Positions 40,930-54,915 are shown, counted from the stretch's first letter. The stretch is DNA of 64,000 nucleotides from Hormiphora californensis (GCA_020137815.1 CM035358.1:1-64000); one strand, 5' to 3'. The notes: generated by a model from the letters alone, not told the origin. A program made the numbers and translations.

Positions 40930-43777
40930 AGGAATTGAACCAGGGACCTCCAGAGAGACATGCTCGGAGCTATAAGTTGAGAACATGAATCATGCTGCCA
41001 GACCAAACCCAAAGAACCGAGACAAACCCCGCAAAACCAACCTCCAAACCAAACAACCAGCAAACCTCCACCAAACCTCCACCAAACCTCCAAACCTCCA
41101 CCAACCTCCAAACCTCCAACAACCTCCAAACCTCCACCAAACCTCCACCAACCTCCAAACCTCCAAACCTAAACGCAACCTTACCACACCTAACTCCGCC
41201 AAACACCAATTGAGATCCGGAACAGCGGAAAGACCGAGACCCTCCGTCCACTAAGATGGTAAATGTGGACACTCGCCAGAAACCGAGACTCAGATCGAAC
41301 TCATCAGCCGTAAACTTTAATTCGGTACGGGTACACAAGGTACTAAGTCAGGCGCCCTGGCATACTCGATAATCTGAGACCACCGTTCGATCTATACCCA
41401 GTTGCCCGGAATGAATGTGTCGACTGGGGTCCCTCACTGCCTCCCCCTTTGACAGGTTTATGACAGTAAGGGTACACCCGTCCAAACACACACTCCACTG
41501 CGAGGGCGAGTCTCAACCACTTCACTGCCTCCACTACTCCACATTCCTGTACTCCCACTCCTTCTTCGCCGAATGGAAGTAGATCCACATGGAACAGTGA
41601 GCAGCCTCTTTCCCCGTATCCTTAACCAGCTTCCTAAGACCCCTCCCTCTAAACCCAAGACGAGAAGCTGCTCTAACCAGACTATCCGCGCCCTGCCCTC
41701 GAGCCCCAACCTCTACCGCCATATTAAAACACCCCCACCCATTATACTCACACTCCCTCTCAAGGTCCGTGTACCGTTCAATCTTGAGAGTATGGGCATC
41801 CCCTATTCTCTCTTCTGCAGGGCAAGTGAGCTCCCACCAGATCATCGTCTTTACCTCTCGCGAGAAGACAACAAGATCAGGCCTTAACCTGGTCTGGGCG
41901 ATCTCCGCCGGGAACTTGAGCTGACTTCCGATGTCAGAGAGGACAACCCAGTCCTTAGCGCCTGACAGGATCCCACACCCACTAACCCTCTTCTTCCCCT
42001 TCTTCTTCCCCTTCTTACCCTCTGCAACGAATTCGATACTCCGGGACCCTCTCGTGGACCTCGATGCAGCGTTAGCACGGACCTCGCAGTGAAACTTTAC
42101 CTGCTCGCCTATCTGCCGCAGGACCTTGTCATGCCGCCACCGGTATCTCCCCTGACCCAGAGCCACCTTACAGCCGGTTAGATTATGGCGAACACTCCCT
42201 GGAGCATCACCACACAGCTTGCAAAGACCGTCTTCCCCTTCCTTCCACTTCTTTGCAAGCGACGGCACGACAAGGGTTCCATATACTGCTCTTAGGATAA
42301 AGCCAACCATTCCCTCCTTCATGTCGAATAGGCTTCTCCAGCTTAACTCCATCGAGACCACATCCTCCCTTCAAGCTAACCACATCCCCTGAACCTCTAA
42401 CTGCATGGTCTCTACAGTCCTCTCCTGGTCTAACCTCTCTCGAGCTCGCTCAATCACAACACCTCTCCTCTCGCTGTCCGACAGCTTCTCCCAAGGCTTT
42501 CGCCACTCACCGAAGCCAATCCCTGCCCTAGGGTATGGAGGAATCATACCGCGGACTGCATCACACCGAACATCACTAACTGCCTCCTCTAACTCTTCCC
42601 CTGCTTTCCACTTCCTACCAGACCTGACAAGAGGCTGAAGCGCTAGGATAACTTCATCCTGTGAAGAACTGTAAGTCTGCTGCAGTCTACACTTCTCCAC
42701 TTTCCAGGTGTCAAGGAGGCTGTTCAACGGGAGCCGTACAGAAGACTCCGAGTTGAATGTAGACAAAGTCTGCTAAGAGTGTGACCTCCACCCAACCACT
42801 TTCGCAGGAAACTGTTTACTGACTGTTCCCAGGCTGCTACGGTAGTCAACGGGGTGTCGTAGATTGCCAGAGGCTACTTCATCTTAGGCAGAACAAGATA
42901 CTGGTAACCCCAGTACTTCTCCAAACCCGATAATCCACTCTCGTCCAACCGTCCCATCCACAACTTCAGCTGGCGAGCTGTTTCATCGATGGCGACGGTG
43001 TCCCTTACATCAGCCCGAATCCACCGACCAAGGAACTTAATCGGCTTCTCAGTAACGTTCGGGATCGTCTCACCCCCAAACGACAAACTCACCGACTCTA
43101 CCACCTTACCTCCCTCCAACACCAGGGCCCGAGACTTAGATGACTTAACAGTAAATCTCGCCCACTCCACAAACTCTCCAAACACCGACAACATAACTTG
43201 CATGTCACTCTGTGTGGCAGTGACGAGGCAACTGTCATCCATGAACAGCTTCAAAGGAGGGACCGGTGTGTCATCTTTCACGTAGGCCACACTACGCGGT
43301 ATCTTGATGGCCAGATACTCCGATACCATGTTCATACACAGTACAAACAAAATAACGGAGATGACACACCCCATGAATATTCCGACCTCGAACTGTTGCC
43401 AGTTCGATGTTACCTCCCTTGAACTGAACCTACCGAAGACTCCAGAAAAGTAACTCAGGACTATGTCCACGATCGGCTGTGGAACTCGATAGAACCGGAG
43501 AGCCTTGACGATCAAGAGGTGAGGCACGGCACCATAGGCATTCGCCAAATCCAACCAGACCACCGACAGGTCCCGCCTCATAATCCTTGCGTCCTTCAAG
43601 GTCTCCCACATAGCCCCGAAGTGTTCCACACATCCACTTACCCCAGGAACACCACCTTTCTGGATCCGCCTATCCACGTACCCATTCTCTACCACAAACT
43701 CTGTTAAGCGCCTCGCAAGTGTCCCTAGGTAGATCTTTCCCTGGACGTTACCTAAGGAAATCGGTCTACCAGTCGCC
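40930..43777 (-). pseudogene. 5'-truncated HERO-like RLE non-LTR retrotransposon (RT, CCHC, endonuclease, 3'UTR with ACCTCCAA repeats)
   Basis: QKGGVPGVSGCVEH, WLDLANAYGAVPH, GIFMGCVIS, FMDD, CKLC..H...C, WRHDKVL, RPDLV, ELTCP, VEVGARG. Confidence 0.85.
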
Positions 43778-44822
43778 GGTCAAACCCAGTATTTTTCGAT
43801 TTTCTTCCCTATTTAATTCTTGCTCTGAACTCATTATTCAGAATACTAATTAATCTCTCCTTTACCGAGTTCCGCCCGTGTATGTGTGAGATTCCCCATT
43901 AAACTGTTGTACAGAGGGCGTGCGTGTGTTTTGATCACCAGGAGATATCAAAATTACTTCCCAATGGAAAGATAATTTCAAGACCTTTCCAAGGCAACCA
44001 ACATCAATTGTTTATCTTATCAGGAACTGGAGATATAAGCGAAAAGGATTCTCGAATTGTCACACGCAAATACAACGCCATGCGACTCCTTTGAATGCGG
44101 GGCGGCCTGTCGCTTAAATTAAAAATTGGACTTTATATTCCGCCGATGATACCGTCCAGGGGCAGCAGATCAAAATATATACCTACTACCACTAACGGAA
44201 ATAAAAGCGGGATACAAAGTTAGAAAAAACACTCTCTTCGAAGACTGTTTGGAAAAAACTGTTTGAAACATACAATTTAATAGATGTTATGGTACCTTTG
44301 TCTGGAACTTTAGAGATGATCCTGCTGTACTCCTCGGGAGTTGTACAACATACTGGTGGTTTAATACCCAAAGAAGATGTGGCAAGGGTATATGCTACTT
44401 CACCTTCCTCTCCCCCAGATTGAACGCATATATTTAGAGACACTCCAAATGCTCCAACAAACTTGTTTTCGTGGCGGGCCACACCATCCAACTTCGATCT
44501 ATAGAAAGTAATAAGTAAACTAGAAGATTGAAAATGAGATTAATCGAAGGCCCACATGCCAATTGTTGCCTAGCTCGACCCCCTTTTCACGAGCTTTGAA
44601 CAAAACAACCCTAACGCCGGATAACCTTAATATCACGTCGCTAAGAGTGAGGATACTGGAAGCCGGTCACTCGAATGATTGAGGACTGAGGAGTCAGGAG
44701 ACCGAACCAAGTATCAAATAAGTACATAATATATATATCTTCGCTTATAAAGGGATTGCTGGTAAAGCGCTCGACAGGATCAAGATTCTGGAGCTGATTA
44801 CAAAGTAATACAAGTTTTTAAT

Positions 44823-44861
44823 TTTTTACTAATAGTTTCATGCTTTCGCAATCGTCAGAAA
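44823..44861 (-). ncRNA. Minimal type-I hammerhead inside an inverted duplication (Penelope-type solo remnant, about 44739-44903)
   Basis: TTT CTGACGA T TGC GAAA GCA T GAAAC TATTA GTA AAA. Confidence 0.65.
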
Positions 44862-44947
44862 GCATGAAACTATTAGTAAAAAATTAAAAACTTGTATTAC
44901 TTTGTACATAATATATATATATATATATATATATATAAGTTGCACTT

Positions 44948-44985
44948 TCCCTGATGATACAATTGATTTGTTGAAACTAGTAGGA
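44948..44985 (+). ncRNA. Minimal type-I hammerhead ribozyme
   Basis: TCC CTGATGA T ACAA TTGAT TTGT T GAAA CTAG TA GGA; palindromic CTAG loop 3. Confidence 0.75.
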
Positions 44986-45067
44986 TAACCACCGTCCTTT
45001 AATTCTCATCTATCTACCTCAAGTCGCAATTGGAGTCCCTACCAGACCCCTTCCGTATATATATATA

Positions 45068-47740
45068 TTATACCAAAACTAATTGAAATTAGTAGGCCGG
45101 AAAGGTTGCCCTATAATTTGAGCTACCTTTGCCACCATAACTTTCATGGGGTACAGACAGGGTACAGATGCTTCGTTTAGCTTCAAAAGGGAATTTACTG
45201 GTGCCAAAGGTAGCTCAAATCATAGGGCAACCTTTCCGGCCTACTAATTTCAATTAGTTTTGGTATAATTTGCATCATTTTTGGGATTTTTTATCCATTT
45301 AGATGTAGTAGAAAAAGTACGGAGAGGATGGAAGGGGGGGGGGGACATGTTAATTTTGTTAACTTTGTTAATATTAACATCGAAAAAACAGGTGATTTAT
45401 TAACATAATTAACAAAAGTTAACAAACATTAACAAATGCCATTTATACCATCTAAAGTCCCTTTAGCATGATTGGAGTGGGGGCCACTGTTGGACCTCCG
45501 AACTGGTCTCGCGTGTGTTAGCGTGTGTTCAGGCATTCAGGAAAAAAGACGTTGATTCAGGTGTTCAAAATCAAATAGCTAGTTAGCTAGCTAGCTAGCT
45601 AGCCAGTTCGGAGGTCCAACAGTGGCCCCCACTCCAATCATTATAATGCCGCGGACGGTGACACCAGCCCCTCAAGGTTGGGACAGCGTCCCTTTAGCAC
45701 GTGTTTTTTGGTATTACACATGCTGCATGTTGTTCTGCGAACAAAGATGTTCCTTCTGCATGATTTGCATACCCCCAAGCCGTCTACTACAGCCTTCCTA
45801 CAACGATTTGTTCCATTTTGTAAATTCGAACAAAAACTAGCCAACTAATGACACTAATCAACATTTTCCAACCTTAAAAACTTAATAAGACTCATAAATT
45901 TACCTTCAATCGAAAAATATCCCAAAAATAATTTTTTCTAAAAAAACACAAGGATTTGTAGCGAAGCAAATTTTCAATTTTTGACTAAAAAAGCAATTTT
46001 GGGAATTTCTTCGTATTTTTCAAACAGAAACGTTGTACATCACTTTCTTTCGTCTGAAGAATGGATTATCAATGAAAAAATTACATTCAAGTGACATTTT
46101 ACACGCTAAATTGAAATATTCGTACTCTTTAAATTTTGATCGATTTGGAGCCAAAAAACTTGTATGTTGGACTTTGGTTATCGGAGGAGGCCTTGCATGG
46201 GTATACAAACGTTAGATAAGTTATTAAACTACAAAATTAAATCAGTTAAAGCGGGGGGTATCAACATTTAACTTTGTGACACTCATGCCAGTTAGGGTGG
46301 GTGGGTGTACGAGGGGTCCGGCAGTTAAGTTGTACACTTAACTGCCTAAAAATAGGGGGTCTAGGGGTGTTTATATGGTGAAAATTTAAATAACTGCTCT
46401 AAATGGCCGATTTTTTGAAGTTTTCAACCCCTTTTTCGCACGCTCGTTATTTTTTGCGCGCCTATCACATGTGTGTGGCGAATATTTTTTACGCATGCCA
46501 CTCTAAGTGTCTCGTACTAACCAATTCGGAATTCGGATCCGTTACCTAAACTGGTCTGTATTGTTCTTAGTTGATGGCAGTTGATTTTAGACACAATATA
46601 TAAGTCTCTCCGTGTCTTTCGTGCTATTTTTAGCTCCCTTTTAGCTAGATTTGGGGGGTGGGTCTACATTTTCAGATGTGGCGGCAGTTAAATGTGGGAC
46701 TTAAGTGCAAAATATGTGGTGGGTGTCAAAAATTTTTTGAAAATTTGGCAGTTATCGGCATGAGTATCATGCAGTTAAGTGTTGATCCCCCCCCCCCCCC
46801 GGTTAAAGTCGTATTATCAACCGATAACACCAATATTTTAGCATTTGTTAATTTTGTTAATTTTGTTAATTAACGTTAATTAACAAAATCGGAAAAAAGA
46901 GGTGATTTATTAACAATTAACATGTCCCCCCCCCCGGATGGAATCGGAAAGTTGAAAATTTTTCATGTTTGACGTCATTTTGACGTCATAACGCGACGTC
47001 ACGACGTTATGACGTCATTATAATTACTTAATCTCATCGGGATTTCCTAGATGAACATATTGACCAAGTTTGAGATCGATTGGATGAGATTTGAGTCCGC
47101 TATGGCGAAAAACCCCATATCGTCATATCTGTTTTTAAACAGTCATAACACTTTAGACGCGTTTTAAGACCCTTATACGTCTAGTTTTGAAAATTCGCAA
47201 CATGGCTTCTGAAAGTTCAGACAATTCTCTTTCCATGATATAGTCTTCGTTTTTCGATTAGAACCCGTCTTGAGGGTGTAAATTGAGCTCAAAGAATTTT
47301 GGTCAGAGTCTGAAAAATGACGACTTTAAGACGTTCTGTAGGACTTTCCTGGCGATGAAAAGGGACCCCACCTTAACTAATACACACACATCCAGTAGAT
47401 CTACCAGCTGTGAAAACGAGAAATTGCTATCTCTTTTCGTTTGGCGTGAATATGGTTTATAAAAAGCGTCTATCCGGTCTGTTACACTGAATCTTCAGCA
47501 AATGGGACCAGTCTGTAACTTCCGTCCCAGATGAGATAGAGACTTGAAATTTTGAACTTAAGTAAAAGACCCCAAGCCGGGTATACATTCCAAATTTCAA
47601 GTCAATCGGATGGAAGGGAACGACGCTACAACCTTTCGAAATCTGGTTTTTCAGGCAAAACACCCATAAAACGTATAACTGCGTTTCTGGCGGCGCTTTT
47701 GGGGGGAGGGGGAATGGCAACCTTTGCGCTTGCCAGCGCA

Positions 47741-47742
<2 letters not shown>
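45068..47742 (+). mobile_element. DINE-1/Helentron-like non-autonomous element (copy 1, with nested insertion)
   Basis: Starts TTATACC with a ~200-bp palindrome; subterminal AAAGGTTGCC/GGCAACCTTT; 3' TGCGCT-TGCC-AGCGCA stem-loop; in (TA)n. Confidence 0.6.
45334..46935. mobile_element. TIR element with poly-G/poly-C termini and 8-bp duplication GGATGGAA (Merlin- or MuDR-like)
   Basis: GGATGGAA|GGGG..GACATGTTAA...TTAACATGTCCCC|GGATGGAA; empty site near 48040. Confidence 0.75.
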
Positions 47743-47778
<36 letters not shown>

Positions 47779-47783
<5 letters not shown>

Positions 47784-48867
47784 CCAAAACTAATTAAAAT
47801 TAGTAGACCGGAAAGGTTGCCCTATGATTTGAGCTACCTTTGCCACCGTAACATTCACGGGGTACAGACAGGGTATAACCGATGCTTCTTCTATCTTCAA
47901 AAGGGAATGTGCCGGTGCCAAAGGTAGCTCAAATCATAGGGCAACCTTTCCGGCCTACTAATTTTAATTAGTTTTGGTATAATTTGCATCATTTTTGGGA
48001 TTTTTTATCCATTTACATGTAGTAGAACAGGTACGGAGAGGATGGAATCGCGAAATTGAAAAATTCTCATTTTTGACGTCATTATGACGTCATAAAATGA
48101 CGTCACGTCGTTATGACGTCATAATGATGACGTCATATCATCGGGATTACCTAGATGAAGATACTGACCAAGTTTGAGATCGATTGGATGAGATTTGAGT
48201 CCGCTATGGCGAAAAACCCATATCGTCATATCTATTTTTTAAACAGTCATAGTACTTTAGACGCGTTTTAAGACCCTCATATGTCTAGTTTTGAAAAATC
48301 GCGATATAGTTTCTGAAAGTTCAGACAATTTTCTTTCTATGATATAGTCTTCGTTTTTCGATTAGAATCCGTCTTTAGGGTGTAAAATGAGCTCAAAGAA
48401 GTTTGGTCAGAGTGTAAAAAATGACGACTTTAAGACGTTCTGTAGGACGTTTCTGGGGATGATAGAAAACTTCACCCCGCTAATAACACAATAATTCAGT
48501 AGATCTACAAGCTAGTGAAAACGAGAAGTCTCTATCTCTTTCCGTTTGTTCAGAACCGTGCTCAGAAAAAGCGTCTCTCCTACGCGCGTACGCGCGCGCG
48601 TGTCCGTTACACTGAATCTATAGCAAATGGGACCGGTCTGTAACTTCGGACCCAAATGAGATAGAGACTTGAAATTTTAAAGTGAAGTAAAAGACCCCAA
48701 GCCGGGTGTACATTCCAAATTACAAGTCAATCGGATGAAAGGGGGCGACACTATAGCCTTCTGAAATCCGGTTTTTCAGCCAAACACCCATAAAACGTAT
48801 AACTGCGTTTCTGGCAGCGCTTTTGGGGGGGGGGGGGGGAATGGCAACCTTTGCGCTTGCCAGCGCA

Positions 48868-48870
<3 letters not shown>
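47779..48870 (+). mobile_element. DINE-1/Helentron-like element, tandem copy 2
   Basis: Collinear with copy 1 minus the nested insertion. Confidence 0.6.
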
Positions 48871-48914
<44 letters not shown>

Positions 48915-50699
48915 TATTATGTATGCCTTTTTGCAAAAACGCATGGCAGGTACTCCTTGAAATGCTAACAATATGATCCTCTCTCATATATAATTTTTAG
49001 GATAGAAATTATCCTTGTGTTTTAGTAGATTTCATAGTTTTTCTCATCAATTATTATTTAAGCCTATCAAAACTAGGAGAAAAATTACCAGAATAATTTT
49101 ACCCAAAACTTCAAATTTCAGAGAGGATTATATTGTTAGCATTTCAAGGAGTACAAGCGTGTTTACAAGGGGACCCCAACTGGGCCCCAACTTGAGGGGC
49201 TCCCCCTGGGTTCACCTTGGGTCCGTGGGGCGTGTACCTATGTTTTTGGGACTCCAATAGCATGCTTGTTACGATGTAGTGTTCAAAATAAATAAATAAA
49301 ATTTGGGTTTTTAGGCCCTTTAATCTACACAGTTATACTTTGAAAAAAGTTTAGATAAAGAGTCCGCCCAATGTAGACTTTTTAGACATAGAGTCCCCTG
49401 GTACATTTTGGCGCCTAATCCCCCAACCCGGACTCTATTTCTCAAATCCTAAACCAACCCAAAACCTAAAGTACACCCCAAACTACTATGTCCCTCACTC
49501 GGGTTTTGTGAAATTTCCCACGGTCATAACTCCACTTCCTCATGAGATAGAGACTTGAAATTTGTTTTGTACGAAGAACTCGACATAATATCCTCACAAA
49601 ACAAGTTTCAAGTCTCTATCTCATCAGGGGGTGGAGCTATGGCTGTCTAAAATCCGGTCGCGCGCAGCAAGGGTTCCTTAACTTTCTAGGGTCCCTTAAC
49701 TTTCTAGGGTCCCTTAAAGGGTCCCTTAAAGAGTCCCTAAAAGGGTCCCTTAACCGGTCGGGCTTCTTCTCACCTGCCAAACGCATCCCGAAGGCCTTAT
49801 TCCATGCCTTTTGCTACTACCCATTACTTATAGTTCATAGTCCAACAAACTCTGTTTGTACTTACTTAACAAGTTGGAGGGAAGTTTGCGCTGGGTTGAT
49901 GAATGAAGTGTTAAAACAGAATTGGAACATTTTTATTGCAGACATTTTTCCTCCAATGTAATTTCGAGCATGAAAAACCGCCACTCTGATATCACCTTTC
50001 ACTGCCATATTGATTGCTAGATCTACACTCCCGTCTTCGGGACCGTACGATCTGGGAAATTTGGCATTAAATCGCCTTTACCAACTTAACTGCTCAACTA
50101 AATTAGCTTGGAAATTGCCCTGCAGTCATGATTTATTTAAAGTAGCGTTTAAAATGTTTAAAGAGAGAGTGTGAAATACCCACACTAGGGCAATCTAATA
50201 ACATTTACCTCATTACGTCAGGCTCCCGAAGAGTTGATAGAATCTTTATTCCGTTCTCGAAAACCTCCAAAAATGGCTTACAATTGGACCTATAATGATA
50301 ATAGGAAGGCGTTATCCATTGTTTCAGTATCAACTATCAACCCGTATTTATAGGTAAACCCAAACTACTATGGCCCTCACTCGGGTTTTGTGAAATTTTC
50401 CACGGTCATAGCTCCACTCCCTGATGATAATGAGATAGAGACTTGAAATTTGTTTTGTAGGAAGAACACGACATGATATCCTTACAAAATAAATCTATCA
50501 TGGGGTGGAGACTGGAGCTATAGCCGTCTAAAATCCGGTCGCGCACAGCAAGGGCCATAGTAGGTTTGGTTTACCTGTGCGTGTTTTTACTTTCGTTCGT
50601 TACCTGTTGACACTGAACAGTGGAACGGTAGATAAGTTCATACTGCACAGAATGAGTGTAGAGTTGTGGGGACGGTATGTGCCCGAGGGGCTGTACACC

Positions 50700-51310
50700 A
50701 ACTTCTCAACATACTCCAAATACCTGTAAGGAAGTTAATGAACATGTTGATAAACGAAGAAGTGCCCTATGGGTAGAGAATGATTCTTGAGATCATAGCG
50801 CTGGAAAGCGCCTGCGGCCAATCCTCCCTCCCCAACCATCCTTCCCCTAAACAAGATTAATTCCATTATGTTCTAACATAACGCTGAATTTTCCTGCCCT
50901 ATGAAGTTGTGTAGAAAGGATATCATTGCTACATTCGCTGTTACAGCAAGCGGGACACAAAATCCCGCGTCTCCGCCCTTAGGTCTGTTCGATTAATTTT
51001 TGGGAGAGTTCTCGCATATCTTTCGGTCCACATCATGTCCATATGTTTGTTATGTTTGATGGGTCCGGTTTAACCTTCTCCCTGAGGGTTGCATACGCTG
51101 CCGCTTTGGGGATTGGTATGAGTGTAATTTCTTCGATTTCCTTTTTAGCCAGAATGTCTGCTACAATTTCGTTTCCATCGTACCCTTGATGGGCGGGGAT
51201 CCATCTGGTCATGACATCATTGAATATGGCTAGAGTGTTCCGATTTTTAATAGTTTTTATCGTGGTTCTTGATGTCGTGGAGTCTAGGGTCTTAATTGTC
51301 CCTCTCTCTG
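50700..51310 (-). pseudogene. Decayed 3' part of an RNase H-encoding LINE (I/R1/LOA-like)
   Basis: WIPAHQGYDGNEIVADILAKK. Confidence 0.6.
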
Positions 51311-51784
51311 GTTTGGTTTGGTTTGGTAGCACCGGTATTTTACTTTGTAATTACTAGTGTTTTCATAGTGCACTGTAACCGGTGGTCTAAGTGTGTTAGA
51401 CTACCGGAAACGGTGGCACGGTGCACTGTGAAAACTTAGAGCACCGGTCAAAATACCAGTCCAATACTTATTAGCCACCCCCAGAACCCGTGTTTTTGTC
51501 TTTCCTATTATCCTACATCTGGCGACCCCGTTATTTGCCTAGTTTATAATAGCATAGCATTATCCCCATTATGATCACGCGTCAAGGTAAAGACACGGCC
51601 GCAGCCGTTAGTTCTCCCCAACAGGTAGTCAAATTGGGGAAAATATGGTCCACTCTCTGGGGCAAAGTGGTCCACCATGGGGCAAAGTGGTCCACCTCTA
51701 GGACCAATGAAATGGAGCCTGCAATACCACGTGATACCACGTGACATTGGAATGCACTGGGGCAAAGTGGTCCAGAACAGGAGC

Positions 51785-52307
<523 letters not shown>

Positions 52308-52546
52308 CACGGTTTTGACACGGTTTGACACACGGTTTTGACACGGTTTGTAAATAGTTCTACTCATGTTCCCATGAGTGTAAGAACTGGAAGATGCTCT
52401 CCAAGAGTAACTAAGATGTTACTCTCGGACAACACCTTCCTGCTCGTGTAAATTATAATAATGAATTAAAATATACGCGAACACACAAGTAGATGCCGGG
52501 ATTAATCCTAGAAATTACCAGGTGAACACTTAATAAATCGAAAATC

Positions 52547-53587
52547 CTAACTACTAGTGGGGCACAAAAACTGTATAACCCCTCTCTTCAGTTCGAACTG
52601 TCTCTCAGGGTTATCTCTTCTAAGTTTTTCAAGTGTCTGTAGATTCTCTCGTCTCTCTCGTCTCTCCTCAATAGTCCGATCTGGACAGAGATACACTCTG
52701 CTGTAGATTTCACTATTTCTCAGCTGTCGGGCCTTCCTCAGTAGAGTCAGAACACTGTCTCTAGACTCCAAGGTAACCCTGATGGGCCGGGTTTTCCCTT
52801 CAGCGGCGGTTCCAAGTCTACAAGATGATGATATAGGAGGCTTCTCGTCGAGCTCCTCAAACACAGTAAGTGCACGATCAGTAACTGTCTCGTTCTCCTC
52901 CTCTGGCAGGCCATAAACAATAAGGTTCTTAGCTCTGCTATCTTCTTTTGGGAGCTGCGGTGTGTGGAGAGCCGCCCCAATCTTCCTCGGTGCAGTAGCT
53001 GTTGCAACGTTTTGGGCCACTACAGCAGACCAAGAATTAAGGTCTTTCTGTACAGTCTCAGTTACAGATCTCACCGATTTCAATTCCTCGCTCTGCATGT
53101 CGATAATCTGCTTCTGGAGCTGATTTACCTCTCGCTGACATTTCAACAGTTCATCTTTCAGTGAGGTCATCTCCTCTGTCATTGATGAGTTGGCTGACCT
53201 AAAACTTTCCTCTTCCTCAGCCTCAGCAGCCTCAACATGGACCTCTTTAGCTTTCTTGTTACTAACAGCGTCATTGTACAAGCGGAACAGTACTTTATGA
53301 AAAAGGAGGTAATAGCACTTCCCCAGGAAACGTCTCATATCCTCCACACTCATTTCCTTAATCTCGGAGTCACGGGTTCTGCCAATCACTAGACCCTTGC
53401 GGGCCTTCCTATACAGGTTACGTACGGTATCCCAGTTGTTGTCATCCTCGTCCGCGTCATCAAGTCTTAGTACCTGTGCCAACTCTGCAATGTCATGACA
53501 AATGTGCCTGGCAGCTATTTTGTGCAGATCAATCGTTAGATGTCTTCCACTCTGCATAAGTAGCTCGTCATTAGAGCGGTTGCTCAT
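52547..53587 (-). CDS. Intact LINE ORF1-like protein (coiled coil + RRM-like C-terminal domain), no adjacent RT
   Basis: Open for 346 codons from MSNRSN; RAKNLIVYGLPEE, RLG, RPIRVTL, VYLCPDRTIEERRERR. Confidence 0.7.
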   Translation of the reverse strand: MSNRSNDELLMQSGRHLTIDLHKIAARHICHDIAELAQVLRLDDADEDDNNWDTVRNLYRKARKGLVIGRTRDSEIKEMSVEDMRRFLGKCYYLLFHKVLFRLYNDAVSNKKAKEVHVEAAEAEEEESFRSANSSMTEEMTSLKDELLKCQREVNQLQKQIIDMQSEELKSVRSVTETVQKDLNSWSAVVAQNVATATAPRKIGAALHTPQLPKEDSRAKNLIVYGLPEEENETVTDRALTVFEELDEKPPISSSCRLGTAAEGKTRPIRVTLESRDSVLTLLRKARQLRNSEIYSRVYLCPDRTIEERRERRENLQTLEKLRRDNPERQFELKRGVIQFLCPTSS

Positions 53588-53661
53588 GTTACGGTGCGTG
53601 TACAAAGGTCGCAAGCAGTTAGGAGGGAGAGCCGCAACAAAATGCAAATGTTAGGAAGTAG

Positions 53662-53750
<89 letters not shown>

Positions 53751-54434
53751 CATGGTTACACACACAGTAGCATTTCTTGATCCTCTTTATCTGCTTGAAC
53801 CAATGAAATGTAGCTTGCAATACCACGCGACACTGCACAGTGTACTGGGGCAAAGTGGTCCAGAACAGAACCTGCTGGAGACAACATGGGCCACTTTGCC
53901 CCAACTATCGGTGCTCTAACAACATCAGTCACGTGATAAAATTGAGCAATGCTATTGGCTTGGGCCACTTTGCCCCAGTGCAAATTTTCCAAAAAAGCCT
54001 CACCAAATTATTTGAATTCATTAATTAAATAAAACTTGCAGATTATAAAATTTAGCTCGGCTGATTGGATAGCCTATATAATTTTTTATTCCTGCTGTAT
54101 ATATAATTGCGTATTTTAGAACCCAAAACGTTAAAAATGGGCCACTTACCCTACAGAAATTTTCAAAACAGAGTTTTAACTCCACGGTATTCGACAATAA
54201 CCCCAACCAACCTTTTTTGAGAGGCGGTGATAATACCAGAAATATTTGGGTAACGGGCTGCAGCGTAAAATTGGAGTGAGGAGTTTGCAGACTTGTAAAG
54301 GCCACACATGAGGAAGTATGATGCCAAGAGGAGGGCTGTACTGCCAGTTCCATCCTAGGGAGTTACACAGTTACACGCTAGTCCTACAGACATCTATAGA
54401 AGGATCGGATCACATCTGGGAGATCTGATCCCGG

Positions 54435-54502
<68 letters not shown>

Positions 54503-54915
54503 GAGAGAACCCCGAGTACCTCGGATCCAAGGATGGATCCGTTCGGCCATCTTGTAGCCACGACGTCACTTTAATAGCCGGCCCTTGAGCATCGTTTCCG
54601 GGAATTGGTTCCCAGGAACACGGAAAGAAGAAACTTAAATATAAGAAATAAAAGACACTTCTATGAAATTTATAGGAAATTTAATGAATAGCACCCGTTC
54701 ACTAGTGCTATTGTCTCTCAGGTGAGACCTCAACGACCTCTCGGCATCTGATTACAAAGGACTTTCCAGGATGCTGGGACTTCCTCTCCTTCATTTATTT
54801 TACGAGGATTCCTCGAACTTCTCTTTCTTCAGGTGTAAGATCAGGTGAAATGTACACCCTTCCAAATACCTCACAATCCCTCAACTTAGTCTTCTTTCTT
54901 AGGATCAGGAGCTGG

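Noticed and set aside
40925-41000. tRNA gene on minus strand
   Set aside because: Only a B-box/T-arm-like piece; no cloverleaf could be drawn
43850-44700. Possible decayed coding sequence shared with 8350-9240
   Set aside because: No recognisable motif or sustained frame
44674-44715. CTGAGGA-GTC-AGGA-GAC-CGAAC hammerhead-like string
   Set aside because: Core lacks GAAA, no convincing stems I/III, and it differs in the duplicate at ~9195
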